From the IMG/VR virus record IMGVR_UViG_2700988907_000001: a stretch of 64,000 bases of DNA; one strand, given 5' to 3'. Made by a program: the position numbers and the translations under genes. Shown one piece after another: positions 20,154-29,362 of the stretch. Below the pieces are notes generated by a model. That model was not told the DNA's origin. It was given only the letters and a program-made list of their open reading frames with translations, and did not search any database. Position 1 is the first letter of the stretch, and every line of letters starts with the position of its first letter. This DNA comes from a virus. Lineage: Duplodnaviria; Heunggongvirae; Uroviricota; Caudoviricetes.

Positions 20154-20582
20154 ATGGATTTTAAACAAGTTTTTTTATATGATGGAACACCATATTTAGC
20201 ATTTCGTGGCTCCGATGGGGAATATGATTATCCTAATGACGAGTGGACAGAAACTCCACCACCAGAAGGATTATATGAGCCTATATATTTTAATGGGAAT
20301 GAGTGGAAAGGTGCAAGTAAAGAAGAATGGGAAAAGTCTATACAAAAGAAGAAGGAAGAAGAGTTATCTAAACTTCCACCGTATGAACCAACACCTATAG
20401 AACGTTTAGCTGCAACGTCACAGTTACAAACTGCTAAAACAGCAAGAAGACTACAGACATTGGAACAGACACAAGCAAAAAGTTTAGTCAACGATGCTGA
20501 AAAAGACAGAAAGATAAAAGTTTTAGAAGAGCAAGTGGCTAGATTAATGCTTGAATTAACTAAAAAAGGAAGTGTTGAATAA
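20154..20582 (+). CDS. Hypothetical tail-fibre-associated protein with C-terminal coiled coil
   Basis: The RBS aaggagggttatataATG sets the start at 20154, not the ORF-track 20073. The stop overlaps the next start. Confidence 0.4.
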   Translation: MDFKQVFLYDGTPYLAFRGSDGEYDYPNDEWTETPPPEGLYEPIYFNGNEWKGASKEEWEKSIQKKKEEELSKLPPYEPTPIERLAATSQLQTAKTARRLQTLEQTQAKSLVNDAEKDRKIKVLEEQVARLMLELTKKGSVE

Positions 20583-20734
20583 TGTATCCAGGTTTTGACG
20601 CTATTAAATATTTTTATGATATTAATTGCTATACTAATGAAGATATTCAAACATATGTAGAATTAGGTTGTATTAATAAAGAAGAATATAAAAAAATCAC
20701 TAAAGAAGACTATCCAGAAGACACTGAATTATAG
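20582..20734 (+). CDS. XkdX-like mini-protein (50 aa)
   Basis: MYPGFDAIKYFYDINCYTNEDIQTYVELGCINKEEYKKITKEDYPEDTEL. The ...YY..G.YT.ED...YV..G.I...EY..IT pattern matches the XkdX family found downstream of tail fibres in Firmicute phages. It falls below the 60-aa cutoff of the ORF track. Confidence 0.5.
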   Translation: MYPGFDAIKYFYDINCYTNEDIQTYVELGCINKEEYKKITKEDYPEDTEL

Positions 20735-20745
20735 TAGGTGTTATT

Positions 20746-20949
20746 ATGATAATTAAATTAAAAGATAATAAAAATTTATCTGATTTAGACGCTACTATTT
20801 ATATAATTATAAATGGTGGCGTTTTTAAATATAGAACTTTTGTTCATAATGATAATGTGATTTTTATTGAAAAATATTTCGACAATATATATAAATTATA
20901 TATAGATACGAAAGAATTTAACGTAGAAAATATAGAAATAGGAGAGTAA
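20746..20949 (+). CDS. Hypothetical small protein
   Basis: 67-aa ORF between the XkdX-like gene and the next structural gene. Confidence 0.3.
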   Translation: MIIKLKDNKNLSDLDATIYIIINGGVFKYRTFVHNDNVIFIEKYFDNIYKLYIDTKEFNVENIEIGE

Positions 20950-20953
20950 TATA

Positions 20954-21520
20954 ATGGAAAAGAAACTAAGACTTTTTTCTAAAGACGGTAAAGTATTAAA
21001 AACATCAAATGCTATTGAAGATAAGACAGGACAAATAGTTATTGATAATTTAACTCCTAACACAACATATAACGATGGAGACTTCAAAGTTTCATGGGTT
21101 ATTGATGGTAAAGAATCATCTAAAGCTGATGTTCCAGGATTTAAAACTTTAGATAATCCAGAAAGAATTGTTGTTGTTACGTTCAACGGATTAGATGAAC
21201 TAGATACAGAAGCACTAAAAGGACAAGACGGTGCAGATGGAGAAGATGGTAAATCTATCACAGTTATTAGTTCTGATTTAGATGAGCAGGGAAACACGGT
21301 AATCACTTTTAGTGACAATACTAAAGTGACAGTTAATAAAGGTCAAGACGGAAAATCATTTGATGTTTCAGATTTTACAGAAGATGATTATAAAAAAATA
21401 CTTGATTATGGTATAGCAAATGGTTATTTCAAACAACAAGAAAATACTGAAAATATTGTTATGAGTGAAACTGAACCAGAAGACAAATCAAAAATTTGGA
21501 TAGATACTAGTAATCAATAA
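20954..21520 (+). CDS. Tail/baseplate-associated protein with short collagen-like Gly-X-Y stretch
   Basis: 188 aa containing KGQDGADGEDGKS and KGQDGKS motifs. Confidence 0.35.
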   Translation: MEKKLRLFSKDGKVLKTSNAIEDKTGQIVIDNLTPNTTYNDGDFKVSWVIDGKESSKADVPGFKTLDNPERIVVVTFNGLDELDTEALKGQDGADGEDGKSITVISSDLDEQGNTVITFSDNTKVTVNKGQDGKSFDVSDFTEDDYKKILDYGIANGYFKQQENTENIVMSETEPEDKSKIWIDTSNQ

Positions 21521-21542
21521 AACAAAAGGAGTATAAAAAATA

Positions 21543-21980
21543 ATGAAGAATGGAATATTTTCTGATTCAGAAAAACTATCTACTATTCTTCTTATCATTC
21601 TTGGTTTAATACCAGCTTCAAGAGGTGTTTATTGGATAACAAACAGTCAAGTGGCTATTGATGATTCTCCTTTATATGAAAAATTAGATAGTATAGCTCC
21701 TTTATTTGTGTGGGGGCTACCTATTTTAATAGGAGGATTATTCTTAATAGTAGCGAGTATATTTATAGTATCGCCCAAAACAAGAACTCATTATTATATA
21801 TTTCTTATAATTGGAGGATTGTTATGTGGTCTAGGTTCTATTGTAATAGCTGCTGCGTCAGTTGAGAACAACTTAAATTGGCTGACGCCAGTTCATAACA
21901 CGTGTTTATCTATAGGCTTTTTTGCAATAACTTGGATAGGGATTAGTTCTCTGTGGAACCAGAAAAAAGAAAAGACTTAG
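21543..21980 (+). CDS. Integral membrane protein (about 4 TM helices)
   Basis: Hydrophobic segments throughout. Its position before the holin suggests a lysis- or structure-associated role. Confidence 0.4.
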   Translation: MKNGIFSDSEKLSTILLIILGLIPASRGVYWITNSQVAIDDSPLYEKLDSIAPLFVWGLPILIGGLFLIVASIFIVSPKTRTHYYIFLIIGGLLCGLGSIVIAAASVENNLNWLTPVHNTCLSIGFFAITWIGISSLWNQKKEKT

Positions 21981-22408
21981 ACTATTCTTATTACGTTCCT
22001 AGACATGAATTTGAGATTGAAAAAAATGAAATTTATAAGGATTTAAACAAAAAAGCCGAAACACTTAGAGATAAAATTGAAGAAGTTGATGATAAGCATT
22101 TACAAAACTTTCATCAAATACAAAGAAATTTAGACCAATATGTAAGAAGTACAGATAGCTTAAATGAAAGTGTTAGAGAACTTAATCAAAGTTTTAATAC
22201 AATGTCTAAAACGATAAATGAAAATATCGGAGACATTAAAGATGTTAAAACTAGAGTAGAAAAAACAGAATCAACTATAACTGAAAAAGAATTATTAAAA
22301 GAACAAAGAAGAATAGAAATAATAAAATCATTCTTTGCTCTCATTACTACTCTATTAGGTGCTGGTGGATTAATTTCATGGCTAGGTCCTTTAATATTTG
22401 GAAAATAA
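21953..22408 (+). CDS. Coiled-coil protein with C-terminal transmembrane anchor
   Basis: 151 aa. The C-terminus FFALITTLLGAGGLISWLGPLIFGK is hydrophobic. The ORF uses an alternative start, so its true start is uncertain. Confidence 0.3.
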   Translation: MEPEKRKDLDYSYYVPRHEFEIEKNEIYKDLNKKAETLRDKIEEVDDKHLQNFHQIQRNLDQYVRSTDSLNESVRELNQSFNTMSKTINENIGDIKDVKTRVEKTESTITEKELLKEQRRIEIIKSFFALITTLLGAGGLISWLGPLIFGK

Positions 22409-22429
22409 TTATAGAAAGGAATTAATAAA

Positions 22430-22909
22430 ATGTCAAAAATTAATTGGAAAGTAAGAGCTAAAAAGAAATCATTTTGGGTTGCTATTGTATCAGCAGTCGC
22501 TCTTTTCATTAACAATATTACTGGTGCGTTTGGGTTAGATTATTCAGCGCAAGTTCAAACTGGTGTTGATATTGTTAGTACAATTTTAACATTGTTAGCA
22601 GGTCTTGGTATTGTTACTGATATGACTACTAAAGGAATTGGAGATAGTGAGATTGCGCAAACTTATTCTAAACCACGTAACTCCAAAGACCCAGAGCAAT
22701 ATGTTGATTGGATGAAAAATAACGCAACAGATATTACACCAGAAAGACAAGAAAAAGAAGCAGAGGAATATGATACTAGCAAACCTTTTACTGATGATAG
22801 CGATGAAGTAGAATTTGACGTATCTGATTATGAACATGAAGATATTGGTATTCATGGTAAAAGTGGAATGCACGATGAAAAAATAAACGAAAAAGAAGTA
22901 GATAAGTAG
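22430..22909 (+). CDS. Holin (phi11-type Staphylococcus phage holin)
   Basis: MSKINWKVRAKKK...FGLDYSAQVQ...ILTLLAGLGIVTDMTTKGIGDSEIAQTY...EYDTSKPFTDDSDEVEFDVSDYEH closely parallels the phi11 holin (MDINWKLRFKNK...FGLDLSTQLN...ILTLLTGIGVITDPTSKGVSDSSIAQTY...EYDTSQPFTDASNDVGFDVNEY). Confidence 0.8.
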   Translation: MSKINWKVRAKKKSFWVAIVSAVALFINNITGAFGLDYSAQVQTGVDIVSTILTLLAGLGIVTDMTTKGIGDSEIAQTYSKPRNSKDPEQYVDWMKNNATDITPERQEKEAEEYDTSKPFTDDSDEVEFDVSDYEHEDIGIHGKSGMHDEKINEKEVDK

Positions 22910-22919
22910 AGTTACAGAG

Positions 22920-22942
22920 CAGACTAGTTTTATACTAGTCTG
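22920..22942 (+). terminator. Rho-independent terminator after holin (cagactagt-tttat-actagtctg)
   Basis: Perfect 9-bp inverted repeat followed by a T-rich tract. Confidence 0.5.
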
Positions 22943-22976
22943 TCTTATTTATTATAAAAAAGGAGACAGATAATTT

Positions 22977-23501
22977 ATGGCTATTATTAAAACATTTGAC
23001 AAAGAAAAACAACAATGGTTAGAAGTTTTTGCTAGACCAGTTGCAGAAGAAGTGGTTAAAATTATGAAAGATGATTGGTTAGATAACAAAAATACAATCG
23101 ACTATTGGTTATTGCAATATACAGAAGGTGTAGCTGAGCCTATACAAGTCGCTATATTTACTGACGGCAATGAAGTTGATGATACGTTAAAAAGTAATTT
23201 AGAATGGGCTTTTAATGATTATATATCTGGCTTAGAAAATAAGAAATTATTTAATTTACAAGATTTTATAAATGATTGCTATAGTAGAAAGATAGAATTA
23301 CCTAAACAATTCAAAGTTAGTGCTACAGTTCAATTTGATAGTTTAGATTATCCTATTCATTTGCAAGAAATAGATAATATGACTACTAATGTTGATGTAA
23401 TAGGTATGTTAGACGAATCTTCTAAAGGTTCAGTTGAAGTGAAATATATTTACAATGACCACCCTATAGAAGATAAGAAATTAGTAAAAGAAAATAAATA
23501 G
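22977..23501 (+). CDS. Hypothetical protein inserted between holin and endolysin
   Basis: 174 aa with its own RBS (aaaaaggagacagataatttATG). It has no counterpart in the phi11 holin-lysin junction. Confidence 0.4.
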   Translation: MAIIKTFDKEKQQWLEVFARPVAEEVVKIMKDDWLDNKNTIDYWLLQYTEGVAEPIQVAIFTDGNEVDDTLKSNLEWAFNDYISGLENKKLFNLQDFINDCYSRKIELPKQFKVSATVQFDSLDYPIHLQEIDNMTTNVDVIGMLDESSKGSVEVKYIYNDHPIEDKKLVKENK

Positions 23502-23513
23502 GAGAGATGATAT

Positions 23514-23601
23514 ATGGTAGCAAGTTTAACACACAAAGAAGCCGTAGAATATATTAAATCATTAGAAGGAAAATATGTTGACTTTGATGGCTGGTATGGG
23601 T
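23514..23601 (+). CDS. Endolysin exon 1 (CHAP domain N-terminus)
   Basis: RBS ggagagatgatatATG. MVASLTHKEAVEYIKSLEGKYVDFDGWYG parallels the phi11 lysin N-terminus (...GKQFNVDLWYGFQCFD). The exon ends with a U that pairs in P1. Confidence 0.8.
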
Positions 23602-23876
23602 TAATTGGTAGCCCATGTAAAACTTTTTGAATTGCTGGGAACCCCTAACGTAAAGACGAGGGCAATCAGCAGCGAAGCTCACATGGTAACAGTGTGTGAA
23701 CGTTCAACGACTATGTACTATCAATTGATAGGCAGCGGAAAGCACATTTGATATATGTGATGATATAGTCTGGTCTCATATGAAAATATGAGGCTTTCTT
23801 TATGAAAGCTATTAAATGTTATACAATATTATATAGAAATATATAATAGGAAAGGCATTTAATAAAACAAAAAACG
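23602..23876 (+). ncRNA. Group I self-splicing intron (ORF-less, 275 nt) in endolysin gene
   Basis: P1: exon atgggT pairs with intron gcccat (23611-23616), with a G.U pair at the splice site. P10: exon-2 accaat pairs with intron attggt (23604-23609). Four conserved elements are present: P (gaattgctgggaac), Q (caatcagcagcg), R (gttcaacgactatg) and S (gatgatatagtctgg). The intron ends in G. Splicing gives the in-frame junction WYG-Y-QCFDL, which is the canonical CHAP motif. Confidence 0.8.
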
Positions 23877-25240
23877 ACCAATGTTTTGATTTAGCTAACA
23901 AATATTGGAATAAATTATTTGGTGGACAATTAAAAGGTCAAGGCGCAGCTGATATTCCTAATGTTAATGATTTTAGTGGAAAAGCTACTGTTTATCAAAA
24001 TACAACAAGTTTCTTAGCAAAACCAGGAGACATTGTTGTATGGGGTAGAAACTTTGGTCAAGGATATGGTCATGTAGCAGTTGTTGTTGAAGCAACATTA
24101 GATTATATTGTTGTAATTGAGAATAACTGGTTAGGTGGTGGATGGACTAGTGGACCGGCACAAGGTGGTACTGGTTGGGAAAAAGCAACTAGACGACGTC
24201 ACAATTACGAGTTTCCTATGTGGTTCATTAGACCTATTTATAAAGATGATAAGAAAGTCAAATCCTACTCTACCAAAACTACAACTAAAAAACCAGCAGC
24301 TAAAAAGAAAAAAGCTAAAAAATTAAAATATATTAAAGATAATGTAAGAGGATATAAGCTACCCAAACGTAAAAAGAAAACACCAGATTTTATTGTATTA
24401 CACAACGATGCGGGAAGTAAAGGTGCTACTGCAACAGCTTATCGTAATGGATTAGTTAATGCACCATTATCAAGACTTGAAGCAGGTATAGCTGCATCTT
24501 ATATTGACAGAGATACTGTATGGCAAGCATTAGACGAAAATCAGGTTAACTGGCATTGTGCAAACTCATATGCTAATGAACATGGTTATGGGATAGAAAT
24601 ATGTCAGTCAATGGGTGCAGATAACAAAACATTCTTACAAAATGAGCAGGCGGCTTTCCAAGAAGCAGCTAGACTATTAAAAAAGTGGGGACTACCAGCT
24701 AACAGAAATACTGTAAGATTACATTGTGAATTTTATAGCACTAGTTGTCCACATAGAAGTGCTAAACTACACACAGGATTTGACCCTGTTACTCAAGGTT
24801 TATTACCTAAAGACAAACAGTTACAATTAAAAGATTATTTCATTAAACAAATCAGACAATATATGGATGGTAAAATACCTACTGCAACAGTTGTTAAAAG
24901 TACAAGTGCTTCTAGTAACACTGTTAAACCAGTAGCATCTGGTTGGAAACGTAATAATTACGGCACTTATTATAAATCAGAAAATGCAACTTATAGCAAT
25001 GGTAACACACCAATTATCACACGTACAGTAGGACCACTTAGAAGCTGTCCTCAAGCAGGATTGTTACCAGCTGGAGCAACTATTGTATATGATACAGTTT
25101 GTTTACAAGACTATCATGTTTGGGTAAGTTATGTAACTAACAAAGGTTACAGAGTATGGCTACCTATTAGAACATGGAATGGTGTAGCTCCTGGAAACGC
25201 AGGATATGCTGTAGGACCATTATGGGGATATATCAGCTAA
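23877..25240 (+). CDS. Endolysin exon 2 (rest of CHAP, then amidase_2 and SH3b cell-wall-binding domain)
   Basis: The frame is open from 23837 and contiguous to 25240. [10 protein letters not shown]...[26 protein letters not shown]...PMWFIRP (CHAP) is followed by [35 protein letters not shown]...[15 protein letters not shown] (amidase_2/PGRP) and an SH3_5-like C-terminus. Near-colinear with the phi11 endolysin. Spliced product about 483 aa. Confidence 0.85.
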
Positions 25241-25383
25241 AATAAAAACAATAAAAGACAGGTTTTATTCTGTATAAAAGTCGTCAACCATGCGCTTTAT
25301 AAGCGTTTTGTTAGGCGCACCTAAATTTTTTACCCTCTACTTTTTATGTAGGGGGTGTTTACATATTAATGGAGGTTATTATA

Positions 25384-26364
25384 ATGGAAAGAAACAATAT
25401 TTATAGTGAAGAAATATATAAAAAAGTAAATGATGAATCAAAAGAGCTTTTAAATGATTATATATTAGAGTTAAAGGTTCGTAATCGAGCAGAAAAGACA
25501 ATTACACAATATGAATTTGATTGTAAAATGTTTATGTGTTATGTTTATGATAACATGAACAACAAATCATTACTTGATTTAAAACGCCGAGATTTTAGAA
25601 ATTTCTTTTTATTCTTAAAAGAGAGTGGAAAATCAGCAGCAAGAATCAACCGTGTTCAATCTTCAATAAGAAATCTCTTACAGTTTGCCGAAGACGACGA
25701 AGAAATATACGAAGATTATGAAGTTAATCCTATGAGAAAAATTAAATCAGTTGAGAAAGAACCTGTTAGAGAGATTGTGTTCTTAACAGATGAACAAGTT
25801 ACTTATTTAATTGATTATTTATTAGAGAAAGGTAAAACACAAAAAGCATTGTTTGTTAGTTTTGCTTATGATAGTGTAGCTCGTAGAAATGAAATATCAC
25901 AAGTTCAAAAATATAGTTTCCAAGACACAACTAAATCAAGCACTAATGAAGTTGTGGGTAAACGTGGAAAGAAATTTAAGTTAATGTATTCTCAGCGTAC
26001 TAAAGACCTTGCTAAAGAATGGTTAGCTGAACGTGGAGAAGATGATGTTGATAGCTTGTGGATAAGTTATTATAATGGCAAACCACGTGCTATTGTATAT
26101 GACACATTTTATTCTTGGGCTATATCATTTAGAAGTATATTAGAAGAAAAATACGATGTAGATTTACCATTAAATGCTCACTCGTTCCGTCATAGTGGAG
26201 CTGAGAATTATGAAAATGGTACACATAGCTCATTACAATTTATGGGTAAAGATAGCTTAAACATAAACGAACTAAAAATATTAATGAATCATGAAAGTAT
26301 TGATATTACTAATAGTTATTTAAGAAATAAAGACCAAGAAATATTGGAAAATTTATTCTCATAA
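25384..26364 (+). CDS. Tyrosine-type site-specific recombinase / integrase
   Basis: C-terminal catalytic motifs AHSFRHSGA (HxxR) and ...NSYL (Tyr nucleophile), with an N-terminal SAM-like core-binding domain. GGAGG at 25371-25375 favours the ATG at 25384, whereas the ORF track starts at 25369. Confidence 0.7.
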   Translation: MERNNIYSEEIYKKVNDESKELLNDYILELKVRNRAEKTITQYEFDCKMFMCYVYDNMNNKSLLDLKRRDFRNFFLFLKESGKSAARINRVQSSIRNLLQFAEDDEEIYEDYEVNPMRKIKSVEKEPVREIVFLTDEQVTYLIDYLLEKGKTQKALFVSFAYDSVARRNEISQVQKYSFQDTTKSSTNEVVGKRGKKFKLMYSQRTKDLAKEWLAERGEDDVDSLWISYYNGKPRAIVYDTFYSWAISFRSILEEKYDVDLPLNAHSFRHSGAENYENGTHSSLQFMGKDSLNINELKILMNHESIDITNSYLRNKDQEILENLFS

Positions 26365-26370
26365 AAAACA

Positions 26371-26391
26371 AGACTACTGTAACAGTAGTCT
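26371..26391. terminator. Bidirectional terminator at the strand-switch point (agactact-gtaac-agtagtct)
   Basis: Perfect inverted repeat flanked by an A-run on the 5' side and a T-rich tract on the 3' side. It separates the plus-strand recombinase from the minus-strand block. Confidence 0.55.
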
Positions 26392-26400
26392 TTATACATA

Positions 26401-26721
26401 TTATTCTAGTTCTAAATAGGAGCCTATTATTTTAATATCTTTTGAATCGAAGTTAGCTAGACTTTCAACAATATTAGCATTCAATCCTCTAATATTAGCT
26501 ACACCATCTATAATTTCATCAACGTAGAACATAAGACCATCAATTTCTAACATATCAAATGTAAATATATTATTATTATTCTTGTCCACTTTTCCTACTG
26601 TTACACATGTAGTACAATGAATATTGTGATGTAGTCTACCAAAATTCCATTTATCATCATCAATAAGTTCTGCATTGTGATACATTATTTTATTAGCATT
26701 ATCCCAAATTTTAAATTCCAT
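26401..26721 (-). CDS. Hypothetical protein
   Basis: 106-aa ORF, last gene of the minus-strand operon. Confidence 0.35.
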   Translation of the reverse strand: MEFKIWDNANKIMYHNAELIDDDKWNFGRLHHNIHCTTCVTVGKVDKNNNNIFTFDMLEIDGLMFYVDEIIDGVANIRGLNANIVESLANFDSKDIKIIGSYLELE

Positions 26722-26952
26722 TCATTCATCAACCTTTTCTAATTTTACTTTAGATAATACAGAATAATCTACTTCTCCTAGTTCAACTAAATCTAATAAC
26801 ATTTCGTCATAAGATACATTGTTCATTATATATGAATACCTTTTAGCAATAACTTTTCTTAGTTGTTGAATAAATGTGTTAAATGACACTCTTCTATTTA
26901 TTTGGTGGTGCAATTGAGCAAACCACTCTTTACTAGTTATTTGTTGCTCCAT
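26722..26952 (-). CDS. Hypothetical protein
   Basis: 76 aa; contiguous with flanking ORFs. Confidence 0.35.
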   Translation of the reverse strand: MEQQITSKEWFAQLHHQINRRVSFNTFIQQLRKVIAKRYSYIMNNVSYDEMLLDLVELGEVDYSVLSKVKLEKVDE

Positions 26953-27236
26953 ACATCCTCCTTAAGTGAATAGTAGTCTTCTGATATATTGTTTAAAATA
27001 TATTCTTTGACTAAATTATACTTTAAATTTTGATAACTATACCATCTTTCTAACATATCATAAGGGAAATAGATATAGTGTTTTTGTTTTGTTATCATAT
27101 TGGTAATTTCAGCTTCTACCATATCTGGCAAATTATTATCTATTTCAGTCACTTTAAAATACTCAAAAGTCATTCTCTTTAGAATATTAGTGATTCTCTC
27201 TTTTATCATTAATAAATTCCTCCGGATAACTTGCAA
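26937..27236 (-). CDS. Hypothetical protein
   Basis: 99 aa; overlapping stop/start with neighbours. Confidence 0.35.
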   Translation of the reverse strand: MQVIRRNLLMIKERITNILKRMTFEYFKVTEIDNNLPDMVEAEITNMITKQKHYIYFPYDMLERWYSYQNLKYNLVKEYILNNISEDYYSLKEDVWSNK

Positions 27237-27441
27237 TTGTTTTTACTGATGTTTCATATGGCGCTTTTAATGATAATGTTACTTGCGCTCCTAAAAATTC
27301 CTTGTTTAAACTAGTGTAATGAGATTTAACATTCACATTTAATACTTTATATCGTGGATAATTTTCAACAAACTCATTTAATCTATCGTTTAATTCTAAA
27401 ATATCATTTCCATATACTTCATCAATAATTATTTTTCCCAT
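27187..27441 (-). CDS. Hypothetical protein
   Basis: 84 aa. Has an RBS (revcomp of 27442-27455 contains ggaggaaaaacaATG). Confidence 0.35.
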   Translation of the reverse strand: MGKIIIDEVYGNDILELNDRLNEFVENYPRYKVLNVNVKSHYTSLNKEFLGAQVTLSLKAPYETSVKTIASYPEEFINDKRENH

Positions 27442-27707
27442 TGTTTTTCCTCCTGTAAATTAACATCAATCTTAGTTGCCATATCTAATTTAATAAACAT
27501 GCTTTGTAGTTCGAATTTAATTTTCTTTCCAATTATTTTGTTTTTTACTCCTTTTAATTTTCCTATTAAGGATATAGTTTCAAAAATCATATAACAAATA
27601 TCATTATAATCAGAAAGATATATGGCTTTTCTATTTTTATTATAGCATCTATTAAACTCAAAGTCAATTTGTCTTTTTAATTGTTTGATTTCTTCTAATA
27701 GCTCCAT
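27429..27707 (-). CDS. Hypothetical protein
   Basis: 92 aa. Confidence 0.35.
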   Translation of the reverse strand: MELLEEIKQLKRQIDFEFNRCYNKNRKAIYLSDYNDICYMIFETISLIGKLKGVKNKIIGKKIKFELQSMFIKLDMATKIDVNLQEEKQWEK

Positions 27708-27710
27708 TTA

Positions 27711-28244
27711 TCATTCTCCTTTTATCTCATTACACATATATTGTAACATATCTTGACTGTCTGCGTCAAGTACAATATCAGCAAAATATGGAGCCGAAAC
27801 AAATAAATCTCTGTCAACTGATAATCTTCTATTTACTTCATCAATAGAATCTCCACGTTCTTTTGCTCTCTGTCTGATTAAATCTTCAGAAGCATTTATA
27901 TAAACGGAGGTTACTAAACTCCCAAACTCATCTTTAATAGCTCTAAGACCTTGTGGGTCAGTTATAACTATCTTTTCTTGTATTGGGATTAAATCTTCTT
28001 TTTTCATTGCATAAATAAATGGCTCTTCTCTATATTTAGTATAAAAATATCTATGTCCAAAATATTGTGGCTTTTCTAGTTCTTCTGTTGAAACAAAATG
28101 ATAATCTTTGCCATTAATTTCTCCATCTCTCATAGGTCTGTTAGTATATGTTGTTACTTGCTCAATTCCTGTAGATGTTACCAAATCTTTTACTAAAGTT
28201 GTTTTCCCACTTAACATTTGACCAATTATTGCATATATTTTCAT
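27711..28244 (-). CDS. Guanylate kinase-like nucleoside monophosphate kinase
   Basis: P-loop GQMLSGKTTL followed by TTYTNRPMRDGEINGKDYHFVSTEEL. The latter matches the guanylate kinase signature TTRxPRxGEvdGvdYhFvsxeeF. Confidence 0.6.
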   Translation of the reverse strand: MKIYAIIGQMLSGKTTLVKDLVTSTGIEQVTTYTNRPMRDGEINGKDYHFVSTEELEKPQYFGHRYFYTKYREEPFIYAMKKEDLIPIQEKIVITDPQGLRAIKDEFGSLVTSVYINASEDLIRQRAKERGDSIDEVNRRLSVDRDLFVSAPYFADIVLDADSQDMLQYMCNEIKGE

Positions 28245-28258
28245 AATAATTTTCTCCT

Positions 28259-28606
28259 TTATTTTTTGATATATACATCATATTTAGTGTCTAATTCTCT
28301 ATGACCTGTTATGAAATAAATTTTACTTTTCTTTGATACTGTATATGTTGTTTTCTTTATATAACTTTTATTGCTTTCATGTACTTTCACATCAACAGAA
28401 GATACTTCTGCTGTTTCATTGAATTGTTCTGCTGAAATTACTGTGCTAGTACTTTCTCTTAAAGCAAATGATTTAGGTAAATATAAAATGAGTATTAATG
28501 TTATAAAACCTACAATAGCTAAAATATAAAAGAAATTATTAAATCTAGTTACCCCTACATACAATGATACTACTGTCAAAACTAAAATAATAAAATAAAA
28601 AACCAT
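28259..28606 (-). CDS. Membrane protein (N-terminal TM helices)
   Basis: MVFYFIILVLTVVSLYVGV...ILAIVGFITLILILYL are hydrophobic segments. Confidence 0.4.
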   Translation of the reverse strand: MVFYFIILVLTVVSLYVGVTRFNNFFYILAIVGFITLILILYLPKSFALRESTSTVISAEQFNETAEVSSVDVKVHESNKSYIKKTTYTVSKKSKIYFITGHRELDTKYDVYIKK

Positions 28607-28624
28607 ACTAATAATAAACCCCCC

Positions 28625-28825
28625 TTAAATTATTCTATTAGCTTTCTCTAAAGCTAACAATAGTTCAGTCATTACATTTCTTTTTTCAGAATTAGAAACT
28701 GGTAAATCAAGATACTCCTTAATAATTTTATGTGCTTGAACATAACTTAGGTCATCAATACTTTCTGATTTACTTACTACTTTGTTTGCTTCATCATGTA
28801 AATTTTTAATTTGTTTATTATTCAT
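28625..28825 (-). CDS. Hypothetical small protein
   Basis: 66 aa. Confidence 0.3.
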   Translation of the reverse strand: MNNKQIKNLHDEANKVVSKSESIDDLSYVQAHKIIKEYLDLPVSNSEKRNVMTELLLALEKANRII

Positions 28826-28902
28826 AATAGATTCTCCTTTATCCTTTTATTATATTATATTTTACGTTATACCTGTATATTTGTCAAGGTTTTTATCGTT
28901 GT

Positions 28903-29298
28903 TTATTTTAGATTGTCTATTGTTTCTTTAATTAAATAGCCTTCTGGATTTGTTATTTCTTGAATACTCATAGGTATTCCTAGAATTACAGCACCTAGTA
29001 AAAGAAGAGTAAGAAAACCACTAACAATAAGAGCTATATAACCCAAATAAGTAGGGTCTACGTTTGAATTATAATCTTTTTCAAATAACATTGAAACATT
29101 ACATTTAACACATTTTTTATAAGATTTATATAAAACAATCCATGATATAATTGTAACAATTAAAATTGCTATAATAGATATTAAATCAAAAATCCCTTGC
29201 ATAACGGTGTGTTTAATTAAACTTTCATATCCATGTGAACCAACTTTTTCTAACTTTTCCCCTAATTGATTAAAACTTTCTAATGTTTCTTTATTCAA
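28903..29298 (-). CDS. Membrane protein (2 TM)
   Basis: 131 aa with two long hydrophobic helices. Confidence 0.4.
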   Translation of the reverse strand: MNKETLESFNQLGEKLEKVGSHGYESLIKHTVMQGIFDLISIIAILIVTIISWIVLYKSYKKCVKCNVSMLFEKDYNSNVDPTYLGYIALIVSGFLTLLLLGAVILGIPMSIQEITNPEGYLIKETIDNLK

Positions 29299-29362
29299 AA
29301 TAATTACCTCACTTTTTTATTATATTAATATCTAAAGAATTGTATCTTTCATTCTTACATTA

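Noticed and set aside
20206-20650. ORFs 20206-20400 (plus) and 20228-20650 (minus) overlapping gene 20154-20582
   Set aside because: Alternative-frame or antisense ORFs without RBS. The annotated frame has a strong RBS and is coupled to the XkdX-like ORF.
24135-24326. 63-aa ORF overlapping the CHAP/amidase linker of the endolysin in another frame
   Set aside because: The endolysin frame is continuous and homologous to the phi11 lysin over this whole stretch. The overlapping ORF has no RBS.
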